A stretch of 64,000 nucleotides of DNA from Isurus oxyrinchus (GCA_026770705.1 JANJGN010000033.1:15562001-15626000), one strand, 5' to 3'. Positions 37,855 to 49,990 are shown, numbered from the stretch's first letter. Program-made: numbers and translations. Notes: a model not told the origin generated them from the letters alone.

Positions 37855-37926
37855 GGATCCGTGGTGTAACGGTGAGTGCTCTAGACTTTGAATCCAGTGA
37901 TCTGAGTTCAAATCTCTGTGGAACCA
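37855..37926 (+). pseudogene. tRNA-Gln(TTG) degenerate
   Basis: Same damaged variant as 16938. Confidence 0.8.
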
Positions 37927-38881
37927 AGTTCCATGTTTGCCCAGCTACTGTTAAAATTTAAGGCATGTGTGTGGAAGCTAGAAAAGCTGAATGTCTCAGC
38001 TGATGACAGTCCCTTTCCTGGCTTTTGACTCTTCATATTCTTGAGCGATAGGTGGCTCAGGCTGATGCTATATGTCTGAGGTGGAGGCAGCAGTTGCATT
38101 GGGTGCACGGCATTTGAAATTCAGCAGGCAAGCTCAAAAGCAGGCATATATCACTTCAATTGCGTCCTTGAGGAGCACCAATTTTATCCCGTGTTTCCTG
38201 TTCAAGTCTCGTGCATCACTGCCTGGCAATGCTTATTTACGAATCATTGGGCAAGAGTGTCATATTAGAGAGAAGTAGGGAAGAGACGCAGCAATGTCAC
38301 GAGTGGCAGCTTTACTGCAGCTCTTTCATTTGCAGAGCAGACAAACTTAGGAGCAGAGCAAGTGCAAGAGCTGAAGCAATGTGTTGCAAAACATGAGGCC
38401 AACGTGAAATGGTGGACATGGAATATAAAGCGCTTGCAATTTTGCTCCCGATATAGTTTGCAAACTTTCTTGTGGCTCAGCAAAGCATCGCAATTTGCAG
38501 TGCAGCTCGACGTCTCAAACTATGTTCACTCGCCATAAATCCTCCTCCGTGGGAGGCTGCCTGAGTCTTTGGCAAGCAGTTCGCAACCTAGGTCTCATGG
38601 CTCACCTTGAGATGACCTGTCAACGCAGGTCCGTTGCCTCACCAGGAACAAGTGCGCACTTTCAAAGGTAATGATTTGATGAAGTCTTTGATGAGCTCTC
38701 CTAAAATCTCCCTATGCGACTTGTGCCAAAATGCTTTGATATCATCTAGGTGTGATGTGTCTTGCAAACTTTTCCCTTGTCAATGGCATCAAGTAACAAT
38801 GTGTCGTTGTCGCTGTTCCGGTTGCTGCCATGTTAAATGTAAGAAGTAATCTTCTTTGAGAAACAATTCAGCAGACATCTA

Positions 38882-38953
38882 GGTTCCATGGTGTAATGGT
38901 GAGCACTCTGGACTCTGAATCTTGCAATCCGAGTCCAAATCTCAGTTGAAGCT
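38882..38953 (+). pseudogene. tRNA-Gln(CTG) degenerate (variant P)
   Basis: TCTTG, GTCC, TTGAAGC. Confidence 0.8.
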
Positions 38954-39258
38954 TGCGCTTTTGACAATCCAGCTGAGAGGCTCGGCAAATTGCCTCTCGT
39001 TTACAATTTCCGTGGCGTACGATTTGAGAGGGCAAATATTGAACCAGCTTGCCTGCCATTTGAATGCGCATGACTGAGCCTCTTGCGCCAGCTTCCTGCA
39101 CTATCATTGTTTTGGCTCTTGGTCCTGCTCTTTATCTGCTCCATTGAAAGGATGCAACAGTTTGCATCACACAAGGAGAACCATTCAACGGGTCCCAGGG
39201 AACTTTGGCGCCAATGTGAATGCAGAAAAGACATGTGCCTGAGTTCCGGTGCAGTTTA

Positions 39259-39330
39259 GGTTCTGTGGTGTAATGGTGAGCATTCTGGACTTTGAATCCA
39301 GTGATCTGAGTTCAAATCTCAATGGAGCCA
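39259..39330 (+). pseudogene. tRNA-Gln(TTG) mosaic variant
   Basis: 5' end of the GGTTCTG type, 3' end CTCAATGGAGCC type with T-stem mismatch. Confidence 0.6.
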
Positions 39331-40305
39331 AGTTTCTTGTTTGTCCAGCTGCTGTTAAAATTTGAGGCAGGTGAGTGAAAGCCTGAAGAGCTCAAGGCTT
39401 CTGCTGATGACAGTCCCTTTTCTGGCTTTCACCTCTTCATATTCTTGAGCGATAGTCGGCTCAGGCTGATGCTGTATTCCTGAGGGGGAGGCAGCAGTTT
39501 CATTGGGTGCATGGCATTTGAAATTCAGCAGGCAAGCTTGAAAGCATTCAAGGGCAGGCAGATATCACTTCAATTGAGTCCTTGAAGAGCCCCAATTTTA
39601 TCCCGTCTTTGCGGGTCAAGTCTCGTGCATCACTGCCTAGCAATGCTCATTCACGGATCATTTGGCAAGAGTATCATATTAGCGAGAAGTAGGGAAGGGA
39701 AGCAGCAATGTCACGAGTGGCAGCTTTACTGCAGCTCTTTCATTTGCAGAGCAGACAAACTTAGGAGCAGAGCAAGTGCGAGAGCTGAAGCAATATGTTG
39801 CAAGACATGAAGCCAAAGTGGAATGGTGGACATGGAATATAAAGCGCTTGCAAGTTTGCTAGCGAGATGGATTTCCAGATTTTCTTGTGGCTCAGCGAAA
39901 CATCGCAATTGGCACTGCAGCTCGATGTCTCAAACTATGTTCACTTGCCATAAATCCCTCTCCGTGGGAGGCTGCCTGAGTCTTTGGCAAGCAGTTCGCA
40001 ACCTAGGTCTCATGGCTCACATTGAGATGACCTGTCAACGCAGGTCCGTTGCCTCACCAGGAACAAGTGCGCACTTTCAAACGCAATGATTTAGTTAAGC
40101 ATTTGATGAGATCTCCTGAAATCTCCCTATTCGACATGTGCCAAAATGGTTTGATATAATCTAGGTGTGAAGTGTCTTGCAAACAGTTCCCTTGTCAACG
40201 GCATCAAGTAATATTGTGTCGTTGTCGCTGTTCTGGATTCTGCCATGTTAAATGTAAGAAGTAATCTTCTTTGAGAAACAATTCAACCTGAGGCTGCATC
40301 CTCTG

Positions 40306-40377
40306 GGTTCCATGGTGTAATGGTGAGCACTCTGGACTCTGAATCCAGCGATCCAAGTTTAAATCTCAGTGGAACCT
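40306..40377 (+). pseudogene. tRNA-Gln(CTG) degenerate (variant C)
   Basis: CCAAGTTTAAATCTCAG T arm broken. Confidence 0.78.
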
Positions 40378-40683
40378 TGTGCTTTTTGACAATCCCGCTG
40401 ACAAGCTTGGCCAATTCCATCTCCTTTACATTTGCCATGGCGTCCGATTCGAGAGGGCAAATTTTGAACCAGCTCGCCTGCCATTTGAATGCGCATGACT
40501 GAGCCTCTTGCGCCAGCTTCCTGCACTATCATTGTTTTGGCTTTTGGTCCTGCTCTTTATCCGTCCCATTGAAAGGATGCAACAGTTTGCATCACACAAG
40601 GAGAACCATTCAACGGATCCCAGGGAACTTTGGCGCCAATGTGAATGCCGAAAAGACATGTGCCTGAGTACTGGTGCAGTGTA

Positions 40684-40755
40684 GGTTCTGTGGTGTAATG
40701 GTGAGCACTCTGGACTTTGAATCCAGTGATCCGAGTTCAAATCTCGGTGGAACCA
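40684..40755 (+). tRNA. tRNA-Gln-TTG: tRNA-Gln(TTG), structurally intact
   Basis: All stems pair; boxes intact. Confidence 0.87.
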
Positions 40756-41024
40756 AGTTTCTTGTTTGCCCAGCTGCTGTTAACATTTGAGGCAGGTGAG
40801 TGGAAACCTGAAGAGTTTAAGGTCACTGCTGATGACAGGCACTTTTCTGGTTTTCAACTCTTCATATTCCATAGCGATAGGCGGCTCAGGCTGATGCTAT
40901 ATTCCTGAGGCGCAGGCAGAGTTTCAATGGCTGCACGGCTTTTGAAATTCAGCAGGCAAGCTCGAAAGCATTAAAGGGCAGGCAGATATCACTTCAATTG
41001 CGTCCTTGAAGAGCGCCAAATTTG

Positions 41025-41158
41025 TGTTCTGTGGAAGGGTCATGAGGACTCGAAACGTCAACTCTTTTCTTCTCCACTGATGCTGCCAGATCGGTTGAGT
41101 TTATCCAGGTAAATGTGTTTTTGTTTTGGATTTCCAGCCACTGCAGTTTTTTGTTATC
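41025..41158 (+). mobile_element. 134-bp Penelope-like short element
   Basis: Same insertion and site. Confidence 0.75.
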
Positions 41159-41864
41159 ACCAATTTTAACCCAACTTTCCTGGTCAAGTCTCGTGCATCA
41201 CTGCCTAGCAATGGTCATTCACGGATCATTTGGCAAGAGTGTCATATTAGCGAGGAGTAGGGAAGAGAAGCAGCAATGTCACGAGTGGCAGCTTGAACGC
41301 AGCTCTTTCATTTGCAGAGCAGTCAAACTTAGGAGCAGAGCAAGTGCGAGAGCTGAAGCAATATGTTGCAAAACATGAAGCCAAAGTGGAATGGTGGACA
41401 TGAAATTTTCAAGCGCTTGCAATTTTGCTAGCGAGTTAGATTCACAAATTTTCTTGTGGCTCAGCGAAACATCGCAATTTGCAGTGCAGCTCGATGTCTC
41501 AAACTGTGTTCACTTGCCATAAATCCCTCTCCATGGGAGGCTGCCTGAGGCTTTGGCAAGCAGTTCACAACCTAGGTCTCATGGCTCACCTTGAGATGAC
41601 CTGTCAACGCAGGTCCGTTGCCTCACCAGGAACAAGTGCGCACTTTCAAAGGTAATGATTTGATGAAGTCTTTGGTGAGTTCTCCTAAAATCTCCCTATG
41701 CGACTTGTGCCAAAATGGTTTGATATCATCTATGTGTGAAGTGTCTTGCAAACGTTTCCCTTGTCAATGGCATCAAGTAACGAAGTTTCGTAGTCGCTGT
41801 TCCAGTTGCTGCCATGTTAAATGTAAGAATACATCTTCATGAGAAAGCACCCTGTTGTTGTCTA

Positions 41865-41936
41865 GGTTCCATGGTGTAATGGTGAGCACTCTGGACTCTG
41901 AATCCAGCGATCCGAGTTCAAATCTCGGTGGGGCCT
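41865..41936 (+). tRNA. tRNA-Gln-CTG: tRNA-Gln(CTG), intact
   Basis: Canonical with two G-T acceptor pairs; T4 downstream. Confidence 0.9.
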
Positions 41937-42240
41937 TGTGCTTTTGACAATCCCACTGAGAGGCTCGGCAAATTGCGTCTCCTTTACATTTGCCATGGCA
42001 TACGATTCAGAGGGCTAATTTTGAATCAGCTTGCCTGCCATTTGAATGCGCATGACTGAGCCTCTTGCGCCAGCTTCCTGCACCATCATTGTTTTGGCTC
42101 TTGGTCCTGCTCTTTATCTGTCCCATTGAAAGGATGCAACAGTTTGCATCACACAAGGAGAACCATTCAACGGGTCCCAGGGAACTTTGGCGCCAATGTG
42201 AATGCAGAAAAGACATGTGCCTGAGTTCTGGTGCAGTGTA

Positions 42241-42312
42241 AGTTCTGTGGTGTAACGGTGAGCATTCTGGACTTTGAATCCAGTGATCCAAGTTCAAATC
42301 GCGGTGGAGCCA
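42241..42312 (+). pseudogene. tRNA-Gln(TTG) degenerate
   Basis: G1A, T stem CCAAG/CGCGG broken. Confidence 0.78.
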
Positions 42313-42581
42313 TGTTTCTTGTTTGCCCAGCTGCTGTTAACATTTGAGGCAGGTGAGTGGAAGCCTGAAGAGTTTAAGGTCACTGCTGATGACAGGCGCT
42401 TTTCTGGTTTTCAACTCTTCATATTCCATAGCGATAGGCGGCTCAGGCTGATGCTATATTCCTGAGGTTCAGGCCCAGTTTCAATGGCTGCACGGCATTT
42501 GAAATTCAGCAGGCAAGCTCGAAAGCATTAAAGGGCAGGCAGATATCACTTCAATTGCGTCCTTGAAGAGCGCCAAATTTG

Positions 42582-42715
42582 TGTTCTGTGGAAGGGTCAT
42601 GAGGACTCGAAAGGTCAACTCTTTTCTTCTCCGCCGATGCTGCCAGATCGGTTGAGTTTATCCAGGTAAATGTGTTTTTGTTTTGGATTTCCAGCCACTG
42701 CAGTTTTTTGTTATC
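42582..42715 (+). mobile_element. 134-bp Penelope-like short element
   Basis: Same insertion and site. Confidence 0.75.
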
Positions 42716-43422
42716 ACCAATTTTGACCCAACTTTCCTGGTCAAGTCTCGTGCATCACCGCCTAGCAATGCTCATTCACGGATCATTTGGCAAGAGTATC
42801 ATATTAGCGAGAAGTAGGGAAGGGAAGCAGCAATGTCACGAGTGGCAGCTTGAACGCAGCTCTTTCATTTGCAGAGCAGACAAACTTAGGAGCAGAGCAA
42901 GTGCGATATCTGAAGCAATGTGTTGCAAAACATGAAGCCAAAGTGGAATGGTGGACATGAAATTTTCAAGCGCTTGCAATTTTGCTAGCGAGTTAGATTC
43001 ACAAATTTTCTTGTGGCTCAGTGAAACATCGCAATTTGCAGTGCAGCTCGATGTCTCAAACTATGTTCACTCGCCATAAATCCCTCTCCATGGGAGGCTG
43101 CCTGAGGCTTTGGCAAGCAGGTCGCAACCTAGGTCTCATGGCTCAGCTTGAGATGACCTGCCAACGCAGGTCCGTTGCCTCACCAGGAACAAGTGCGCAC
43201 TTTCAAAGGTAATGATTTGATGAAGCCTTTGGTGAGTTCTCCTAAAATCACCCTATGCGGATTTGGACAAAATTATTTGATATAATCTATGTGTGAAGTG
43301 TCTTGCAAACGTTTCCCTTGTCAATGGCATCAAGTGACAATGTGTCATTGTCGCTGTTCCGGATGCTGCCATGTTAAATGTAAGAAGTAATCTTCTTTGA
43401 GAAACAATTCAGTAGATATCTG

Positions 43423-43494
43423 GGTTCCATGGTGTAATGGTGGGCACTCTGGACTCTGAATCCAGCGATCCGAGTTCCAATCTCAGTGGGACCT
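43423..43494 (+). pseudogene. tRNA-Gln(CTG) degenerate
   Basis: B box GTTCCAATC, T-stem mismatch. Confidence 0.65.
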
Positions 43495-43798
43495 TGTGCT
43501 TTTGACAATCCCGCTGACAGGCTCGGCAAATTGCATCTCCTTTACATTTGCCATGGCGTACGATTCAGAGGGTAAAATCTGAATCAGCTCGCCTGCCATT
43601 TGAATGCGCATGACTGAGCCTCTTGCGCCAGCTTCCTGCACCGTCATTGTTTTGGCTCTTGGCCCTGCTCTTTATCTGTCCCATTGAAAGGATGCAACAG
43701 TTTGCGTCACACAAGGAGAACCATTGGACAGTTCGCTGGGAACTTTGGCGCCAATGTGAATGCAGAAAAGTCATGATCCTGAGGACAGCTGCAATGTG

Positions 43799-43870
43799 GG
43801 GTCCATGTTGTAACAGTGAGCACTCTGGACTTTGAATCTATCAATCCATGTTCAAATCTCGGTGGAACCA
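43799..43870 (+). pseudogene. tRNA-Gln(TTG) pseudogene
   Basis: Many substitutions in all arms. Confidence 0.8.
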
Positions 43871-44842
43871 AGTTCCATGTTTGCCCAGATACTGTTAAAA
43901 TTTAAGGCAGGTGCGTGGAAGCTTGAAGAGCTCAATGTCTCAGCTGATGACAGTCCCTTTCCTGGCTTTCGACTCTTGATATTCTTGAGTGATAGGCGGC
44001 TCAGGCTGATGCTATATGGCTGAGTTGGAGGCAGCAGTTGCATTGGGTGCGCGGCATTTGAAATTCAGCAGGCAAGCTCAAAAGCATTCAAGGGCAGGCA
44101 TATATCACTTCAATTGCGTCCTTGAAGAGCAGCAATTTTATCCCGTGTTTCCTGTTCAAGTCTCGTGCATCACTGCCTGGCAATGCTTATTTATGAAACA
44201 TTGGGCAAGAGTGTCATATTAGCGAGAAGTAGGGAAGAGACGCAGCAAAGTCACGAGTGGCAGCTTGAACGCAGCTCTTTCATTTGCAGAGCAGACAAAC
44301 TTAGGAGCAGAGCAAGTGCGAGATCTGAAGCAATGTGTTGCAAAACATGAAGCCAACATGAAATGGTGGACATGGAATATAAAGCACTTGCAATTTTCCG
44401 CCCGATATAGTTTGCAAACTTTATTGTTGCTCATCAACTCGTCGCAATTTGCAGTGCAGCTCGACATCTCAAACTATGTTCACTCACCATAAATCCCTCT
44501 CCGTGGGAGGCTGCCTGAGTCTTTGGCAAGCAGTTCGCAACCTAGGTCTCATGGCTCAGCTTGAGATGACCTGCCAACGCAGGTCCGTTGCCTCACCAGG
44601 AACAAGTGCGCACTTCCAAACATAATGATTTGATGAAGCCTTTGATGAGCTCTCCTAAAATCTCCCTATGCGACTTGTACCAAAATGGTTTGATATAATC
44701 TAGGTGTGAAGTGTCTTGCAAACTTTTCCCTTGTCAATGGCATCAAGTGATAATGTGTTGATGTCGCTGTTCGGGTTGCTGCCGTTAAATGTAAGAAGTA
44801 ATCTTCTTTGAGAAACACTTCAGCAGGAAACGGCAACCTCTG

Positions 44843-44914
44843 CGTTCCATGGTGTAATGGTGAGCGTTCTGGACTCTGAATCCAGCCTTCTGAGTTCAAA
44901 TCTCTGTGGAACCT
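44843..44914 (+). pseudogene. tRNA-Gln(CTG) degenerate (variant D derived)
   Basis: G1C, altered D stem, T-stem mismatch. Confidence 0.75.
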
Positions 44915-45219
44915 TGTGCTTTTGACAATCCCGCCGAAAGGCTCGGCAAATTGCATCTCCTTTACAATTGCCATGGCGTACGATTCGAGAGGGCATATTT
45001 TGAACCAGCTCGCCTGCCATTTGAATGCGTATGGCTGAACTTCTTGCGCCAGCTGCCTGCACCCTCATTGTTTTGGCTCTTGACCCTGCTCTTTATCTGT
45101 CCCATTGAAAGGATTCAACAGTTTACTTCACACGAGGAGAACCATTGGACGGTTCGCTGGGAACTTTGGTGCCAATGTGAATGCAGAAAAGACATGAGCC
45201 TGAGGGCAGCTGCAACCTA

Positions 45220-45291
45220 TGTTCCATGGTGTAACAGCGGGCACTCTGGACTTTGAATCCAGCGATCTGAGTTCAAATCTCGTTGAAACCG
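45220..45291 (+). pseudogene. tRNA-Gln(TTG) pseudogene
   Basis: G1T, A-box and acceptor damage. Confidence 0.8.
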
Positions 45292-45468
45292 TGTTTCTCA
45301 TTCGCCGAGCTGTTAAATTTGTTAAAATTCATCTAGGTGTGAAGTGTCTTGCAAACTTTTCCCTTGTCAATGGCATCAAGTAACAATGTGTCGTTGTCGC
45401 TGTTCCGGTTGCTGCCATGTTAAATGGAAGAAATAATCTTCTTTGAGAAAGGGTTCAGCAGACATCTG

Positions 45469-45540
45469 GGTTCCATGGTGTAATGGTGAGCACTCTGGAC
45501 TCTGAATCCAGCGATCCGAGTTCAAATCTCGGTGGGACCT
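45469..45540 (+). tRNA. tRNA-Gln-CTG: tRNA-Gln(CTG), intact
   Basis: Canonical body, T4 downstream. Confidence 0.95.
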
Positions 45541-45844
45541 TGTGCTTTTGACAATCCCGCTGACAGGTTCGGCAAATTGCGTCTCCTTTACATTTGCCAC
45601 GGCGTACGATTCAGAGGGTAAAATCTGAAACAGCTTGCCTGCCATTTGAATGCACATGACTGAGCCTCTTGCACCAGCTGCCTGCACCGTCATTGTTTTG
45701 ACTCTTGGCCCTGCTCTTTATCTGTCCCATTGAAAGGATGCAACAGTTTGCATCACACGAGGGGAACCATTCAACGTGTCCCAGGGAACTTTGGCGCCAA
45801 TGTGAATGCAGAAAAGACACGAGTCTGATGTCAGCTGACATGTA

Positions 45845-45916
45845 GGTTCCATGTAGTAATGGTGAGCATTCTGGAATCTGAATCCAGCGATCCAAGTTCA
45901 AATCTCGGTGGAACCA
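45845..45916 (+). pseudogene. Slot-2 tRNA-Gln with CTG anticodon, degenerate
   Basis: Loop ATCTGAA; D-stem and T-stem mismatches. Confidence 0.7.
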
Positions 45917-46890
45917 AGTTTCTCGTTTGCCCAGCTGCTGTTAAAATTTGAGGCAGGCGAGTGGAAACCTGAAGAGCTCAAGGTCTCTGCTGATGACAGT
46001 GCCGTTCCTGGCTTTCACCTCTTCATATTCTTCAGCGAGAGGCGGCTCAGGCTGATGCTATATGGCTGAGGTGGAGGCAGCAGTTGCATTGGGAGCGCGG
46101 CATTTGAAATTCAGCAGGCAAGCTCGAAAGCCTTCAAGGGCAGGCAGATATCACTTCAATTGCGTCCTTGAAATGCACCAATTTTATCCCGTCTTTCCGG
46201 GTCAAGTCTCGTGCATCACTGCCTAGCAATGCTCATTCACGCATCGTTTGGCAAGAGTGTCATATTACGAGGAGCAGGGAAGGGAAGCAGCAATGTCACG
46301 AGTGGCAGCTTGACCGCAGCTCTTTCATTTGCAGAGCAGACAAACTTAGGAGCAGAGCAAGTGCGTGATCTGACGCAATATGTTGCAAGACATGAAGCCA
46401 ACGTGAAATGGTGGACATGAAATATAAAGCGCTTGCAATTTTGCTAGCGAGATAGATTTACAAATTTTCTTGTGGCTCAGCAAAACATCGCAATTTGCAA
46501 TGCAGCTCGATGTCTCAAACTATGTTCACTCGCCATAAATCCCTCTCCATGGGAGGCTGCCTGAGGCTTTGGCAAGCAGTTCGCAACCTAGGTCTCATGG
46601 CTCACCTTGAAATGACCTGCCAACGCAGGTCTGTTGCCTCACCAGGAACAAGTGCGTAATTCCAAACGTAATGATTTGATGAAGCCTTTGATGAGCTCTC
46701 CTGAAATCTCCCTATTCGACATGTGCCAAAATTGTTTGATATAATCTGGCTGTGAAGTGTCTTGCAAACAGTTCCCTTGTCAACGGCATCAAGTAATGAC
46801 GTGTCATTGTCGCTGTTCCGGTTGCTGCCATGTTAAAGGTAAGAAGTAATCTTCTTTGAGCAACGATTCAGTATCTGTATGTATCTTCTG

Positions 46891-46955
46891 GGTTCCATGG
46901 TGTAATGGTGAGCACTCTCAATCCAGCAATCCGAGTTCAAATCTCAGTAGAACCT
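46891..46955 (+). pseudogene. tRNA-Gln pseudogene lacking anticodon
   Basis: 7-nt deletion between the two ACTCT direct repeats. Confidence 0.85.
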
Positions 46956-47250
46956 TGTACTTTTGACAATCCTGCCGACAGGCTCGGCAAATTGCGTCTC
47001 ATTTACAATTACCCTGGCGTAAAATTCGAGAAGACAACTTTTGAACCAGCTCACCTGCCATTTGATTGCGCATGACTGAGCCTCTTGCACCAGCTGCCTG
47101 CACTGTCATTGTTTTGGCTCTTGGCCCTGCTCTTTATCTGTCCCATTGAGAGGATGCAACACACGAGGAGAACCATTCGATGGGTCGCCAGGAACTTTGA
47201 CGCCAATGTGAATGCAGAAAAGACATGATCCTGAGGGTAATAGCTCCATT

Positions 47251-47322
47251 GGTTCCATGGTGTAATGGTGAGCACACCGAACTTTGAATCCAGCAATCAA
47301 CATTCAAATCTCGGAGGAACCA
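47251..47322 (+). pseudogene. tRNA-Gln(TTG) pseudogene, last copy of array
   Basis: Anticodon and T arms broken. Confidence 0.85.
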
Positions 47323-47424
47323 ATTTCTTGTTTGCCCAGCTGCTGTTAGATTCTGCGACAAGCAAGTGTAAGCCTGAAGAGCTGCAGTTGTTTTAGTTTA
47401 TTCCCTACTCCTGCTCTTATTTTA

Positions 47425-47535
47425 TATGGCAGGAGCAGGCTATTGAGTTGGATGATCTGCCATGATCACAATGAATGGTGGAGCAGTCTTGAGGGGCCGA
47501 ATGGCCTCCTCCTGCTTCTATTTTCTCTGTTTCTA
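47425..47535 (+). mobile_element. CR1-clade (HER1/HE1-like) 3' tail fragment
   Basis: gatctgccatgatcacaatgaatggtggagcag...ggggccgaatggcctcctcctgct resembles CR1-type 3' ends; recognised from memory. Confidence 0.6.
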
Positions 47536-47739
47536 GAACGTCAGAAACTACGTCGGGTTGATGCGCAAATCGATTCAAATTCAGTGTGTTTCTTGTTCTC
47601 CTTTGTATTTGCAAAATCTCTGAAATTTTCCACGGATTTTGGGCTACTTTGTAAAATTTGAATAAAAAATAGCAAGTACTTGAATAGCAGAGGAGGAACT
47701 AAAGTGAGTGTTGCTCTTCTGGAGCACGTTCACAAGGCA

Positions 47740-47960
47740 AAACAGCAAATGGCGGGAGTATTGAACACGTATTTTGTGTCTGCATTCACTGTACAAGACT
47801 CTTAAAGATACTTGAAAATGGAGAGATGAAAGGGAAGAAGGGGAGTAAAACAATGACCATCACCAGGGAAAGGGCACTGGGAAAATCATTCGGACTAAAG
47901 TCTGACAAGCCCCCAGGACCTGAGGCCTACATCCTCGGCCTTAAAAGATGTGGCTGCAAA
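47740..47960 (+). mobile_element. Degenerate CR1-clade LINE ORF2 fragment
   Basis: Translates with frameshifts to QMAGVLNTYFVSAFT...LGKSFGLKSDKPPGP/GLHPR/LKDVA, matching CR1 motifs LNxYFxSVFT and KSPGPDGLHPRVLKE. Confidence 0.75.
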
Positions 47961-48449
47961 CTACTGCATCCTGAAAACTGTTAACAAATTGTATATTGAG
48001 AACTTGTCAAAAACATCTTTCCTTCAGAAATTCCTACATGGTGGAAGCGTGAGTTATCTTTGTATAAACAGGAGATGGGGTGGTTTGAATGGACTTGCTG
48101 GTTTTTGATTGATTAAACTGCAAATATAATGATGACCCTTTCAGATAAACTGTTTACAGTAAGTGTCCTGAGAGAATTAAAAGCTTCCACACTGTCTGTC
48201 CAAGTATCAATCCTTCAGCCACATGAAGGAAGCAAAGTGATTGGTAAGTACAAAAGGTGAGATGGCAGCTAACCATTGAATTGAAGGTGTGAGGCTTGTT
48301 TGGAATCTGTTTTTAATCTGGAAACCAGGGCTGATCCCAAAAGCAGGAATTTATCTAATACCACACCGGGCTGGTGTGAATTAAAATACTGTTTTCTGAA
48401 TAAAAAAAATAATCTGCAAGTAAAAGGACCTTCTACACAGAATGACTCA

Positions 48450-48667
48450 NNNNNNNNNNNNNNNNNNNNNNNNNNNNNNNNNNNNNNNNNNNNNNNNNNN
48501 NNNNNNNNNNNNNNNNNNNNNNNNNNNNNNNNNNNNNNNNNNNNNNNNNNNNNNNNNNNNNNNNNNNNNNNNNNNNNNNNNNNNNNNNNNNNNNNNNNNN
48601 NNNNNNNNNNNNNNNNNNNNNNNNNNNNNNNNNNNNNNNNNNNNNNNNNNNNNNNNNNNNNNNNNNN
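48450..48667. other. Assembly gap
   Basis: N run. Confidence 1.
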
Positions 48668-48823
48668 GTATGCCTGTCTCAGCTTGTTTGTAGATGCCTA
48701 TCACTCTCTCTGACAACCTCCACAACCATAATTTCACCATTTTAAGTCAGTTCATGGTGGCCATTTTAACTCCAAAGTTCTGTTTCATCACAGCAAGTCT
48801 TCGTTAAATCTTTACACCAATTG

Positions 48824-49990
48824 CTGGGACTGTGTAGAGGGAACTTTACTCTCGATCCAACCCTGTGTCGGATCAGCCCTGGGAGTGTTTGATGGGGACG
48901 GTGCAGAGGGAGTTTCAGTTTATACCTTGCTCCGTGCTCTACCTGACCTGGGAGAGTTTCATGGGCACTGGGTGGAGGGAACCTTACTGTGTATTTAACG
49001 TTGAGACCTGGAAGTGTTTGGTTGGAACTCTATGTTAGGACATATATTCTGAATACAATTGTACCCTGTATTGTAGCTGTGCTGGGAGTGTTCACCGGGG
49101 ACAGTGGAAAGGAAATTTTACTCTGTATCTAATCGTAAATTGTGACAGAACTGAGGGAGTTTGAGAGGGAAAGTGTAGACAGAGATTTCCTCTATTTCTA
49201 ACCCGGTGCTGTGCCTGTCCTGGAAGTGTTTCTGAGGATAGTTCTGACAGACAGAGCTTTCTCTGTATCTTACCTGATGCTGTATCAGTTCTGGGAGTGT
49301 TTGATGGGAGCAGCGTGGATGGAGGTTTACTCTGTGCCTAACCCATAGTGTACCTGCCCTGGGAGTGTTTGATGGGGACAGTGTAGAGGGAGCTTTACTC
49401 TGTATCTAACCCTGTGCTGTACCTGTGCTGGGAATGTTTGATGGGGACAGTGTAGAGGGAGCTTTACTCTGTATCTAACCCCATGCTGTACCTGTCCTGG
49501 GAGTGTTTGATGGGGACAGTGTAGAGGGAGCTTTACTCTGTATCTAACCCTGTGCTGTTCCTGTCCTGGGAGTGTTTGATGGGGAAAGTGTAGAGGGAGC
49601 TTTACTCTGTATCTAACCCTGTGCTGTACCTGTCCTGGGAGTGTTTGATGGGGACAGTGTAGAGGGAGCTTTACTCTGTATCTAACCCTGTGCTGTACCT
49701 GCCCTGGGAGTGTTTGATGGGGACAGTGTAGAGGGAGCTTTACTCTGTATCTAACCCTGTGCTGTACCTGTCCTGGGAATGTTTGATGGGGACAGTGTAG
49801 AGGGAGATTTACTCTGTATCTAACCCCGTTCTGTCCCTGTCCTGGGAGTGTTTGATGAGAACAGCGTAGAGGGAGCTTTACTCTGTATCTAACCCCGTGC
49901 TGTCCCTGTCCTGGGAGTGTTTGATGAGAACAGCGTAGAGGGAGGTTTACTCTCTATGTAATCCCATGTTTTCCTGTCTTCCGAGTGTTT
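48824..49990 (+). repeat. 69-bp minisatellite, ~17 copies
   Basis: ctgggagtgtttgatggggacagtgtagagggagctttactctgtatctaaccctgtgctgtacctgtc; left copies more diverged. Confidence 0.93.

Larger units (their letters stand above)
1..47390 (+). repeat. Tandem array of ~1.40-1.56 kb units, each with two tRNA-Gln genes (continues beyond window start)
   Basis: Same spacer and tRNA pair recur; slot-1 starts at 908, 2467, 4023, 5437, 6857, 8282 ... 46891; spacing ~1400-1425 without and ~1557 with the 134-bp insertion. Confidence 0.98.

Noticed and set aside
1-47390. Dozens of recurring 60-110 aa ORFs (e.g. MPHQEQV..., MNSDHWIQ..., Cys-rich CRCRCSGCC)
   Set aside because: They recur only because the DNA unit recurs; they have non-ATG starts, overlap tRNA genes on either strand, and are freely broken by stops and indels between units
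1-47390. CRISPR-like or prokaryotic repeat-spacer system
   Set aside because: Spacers are homologous to each other rather than unique, the repeats are tRNA genes, there are no cas-like ORFs, and the context is vertebrate
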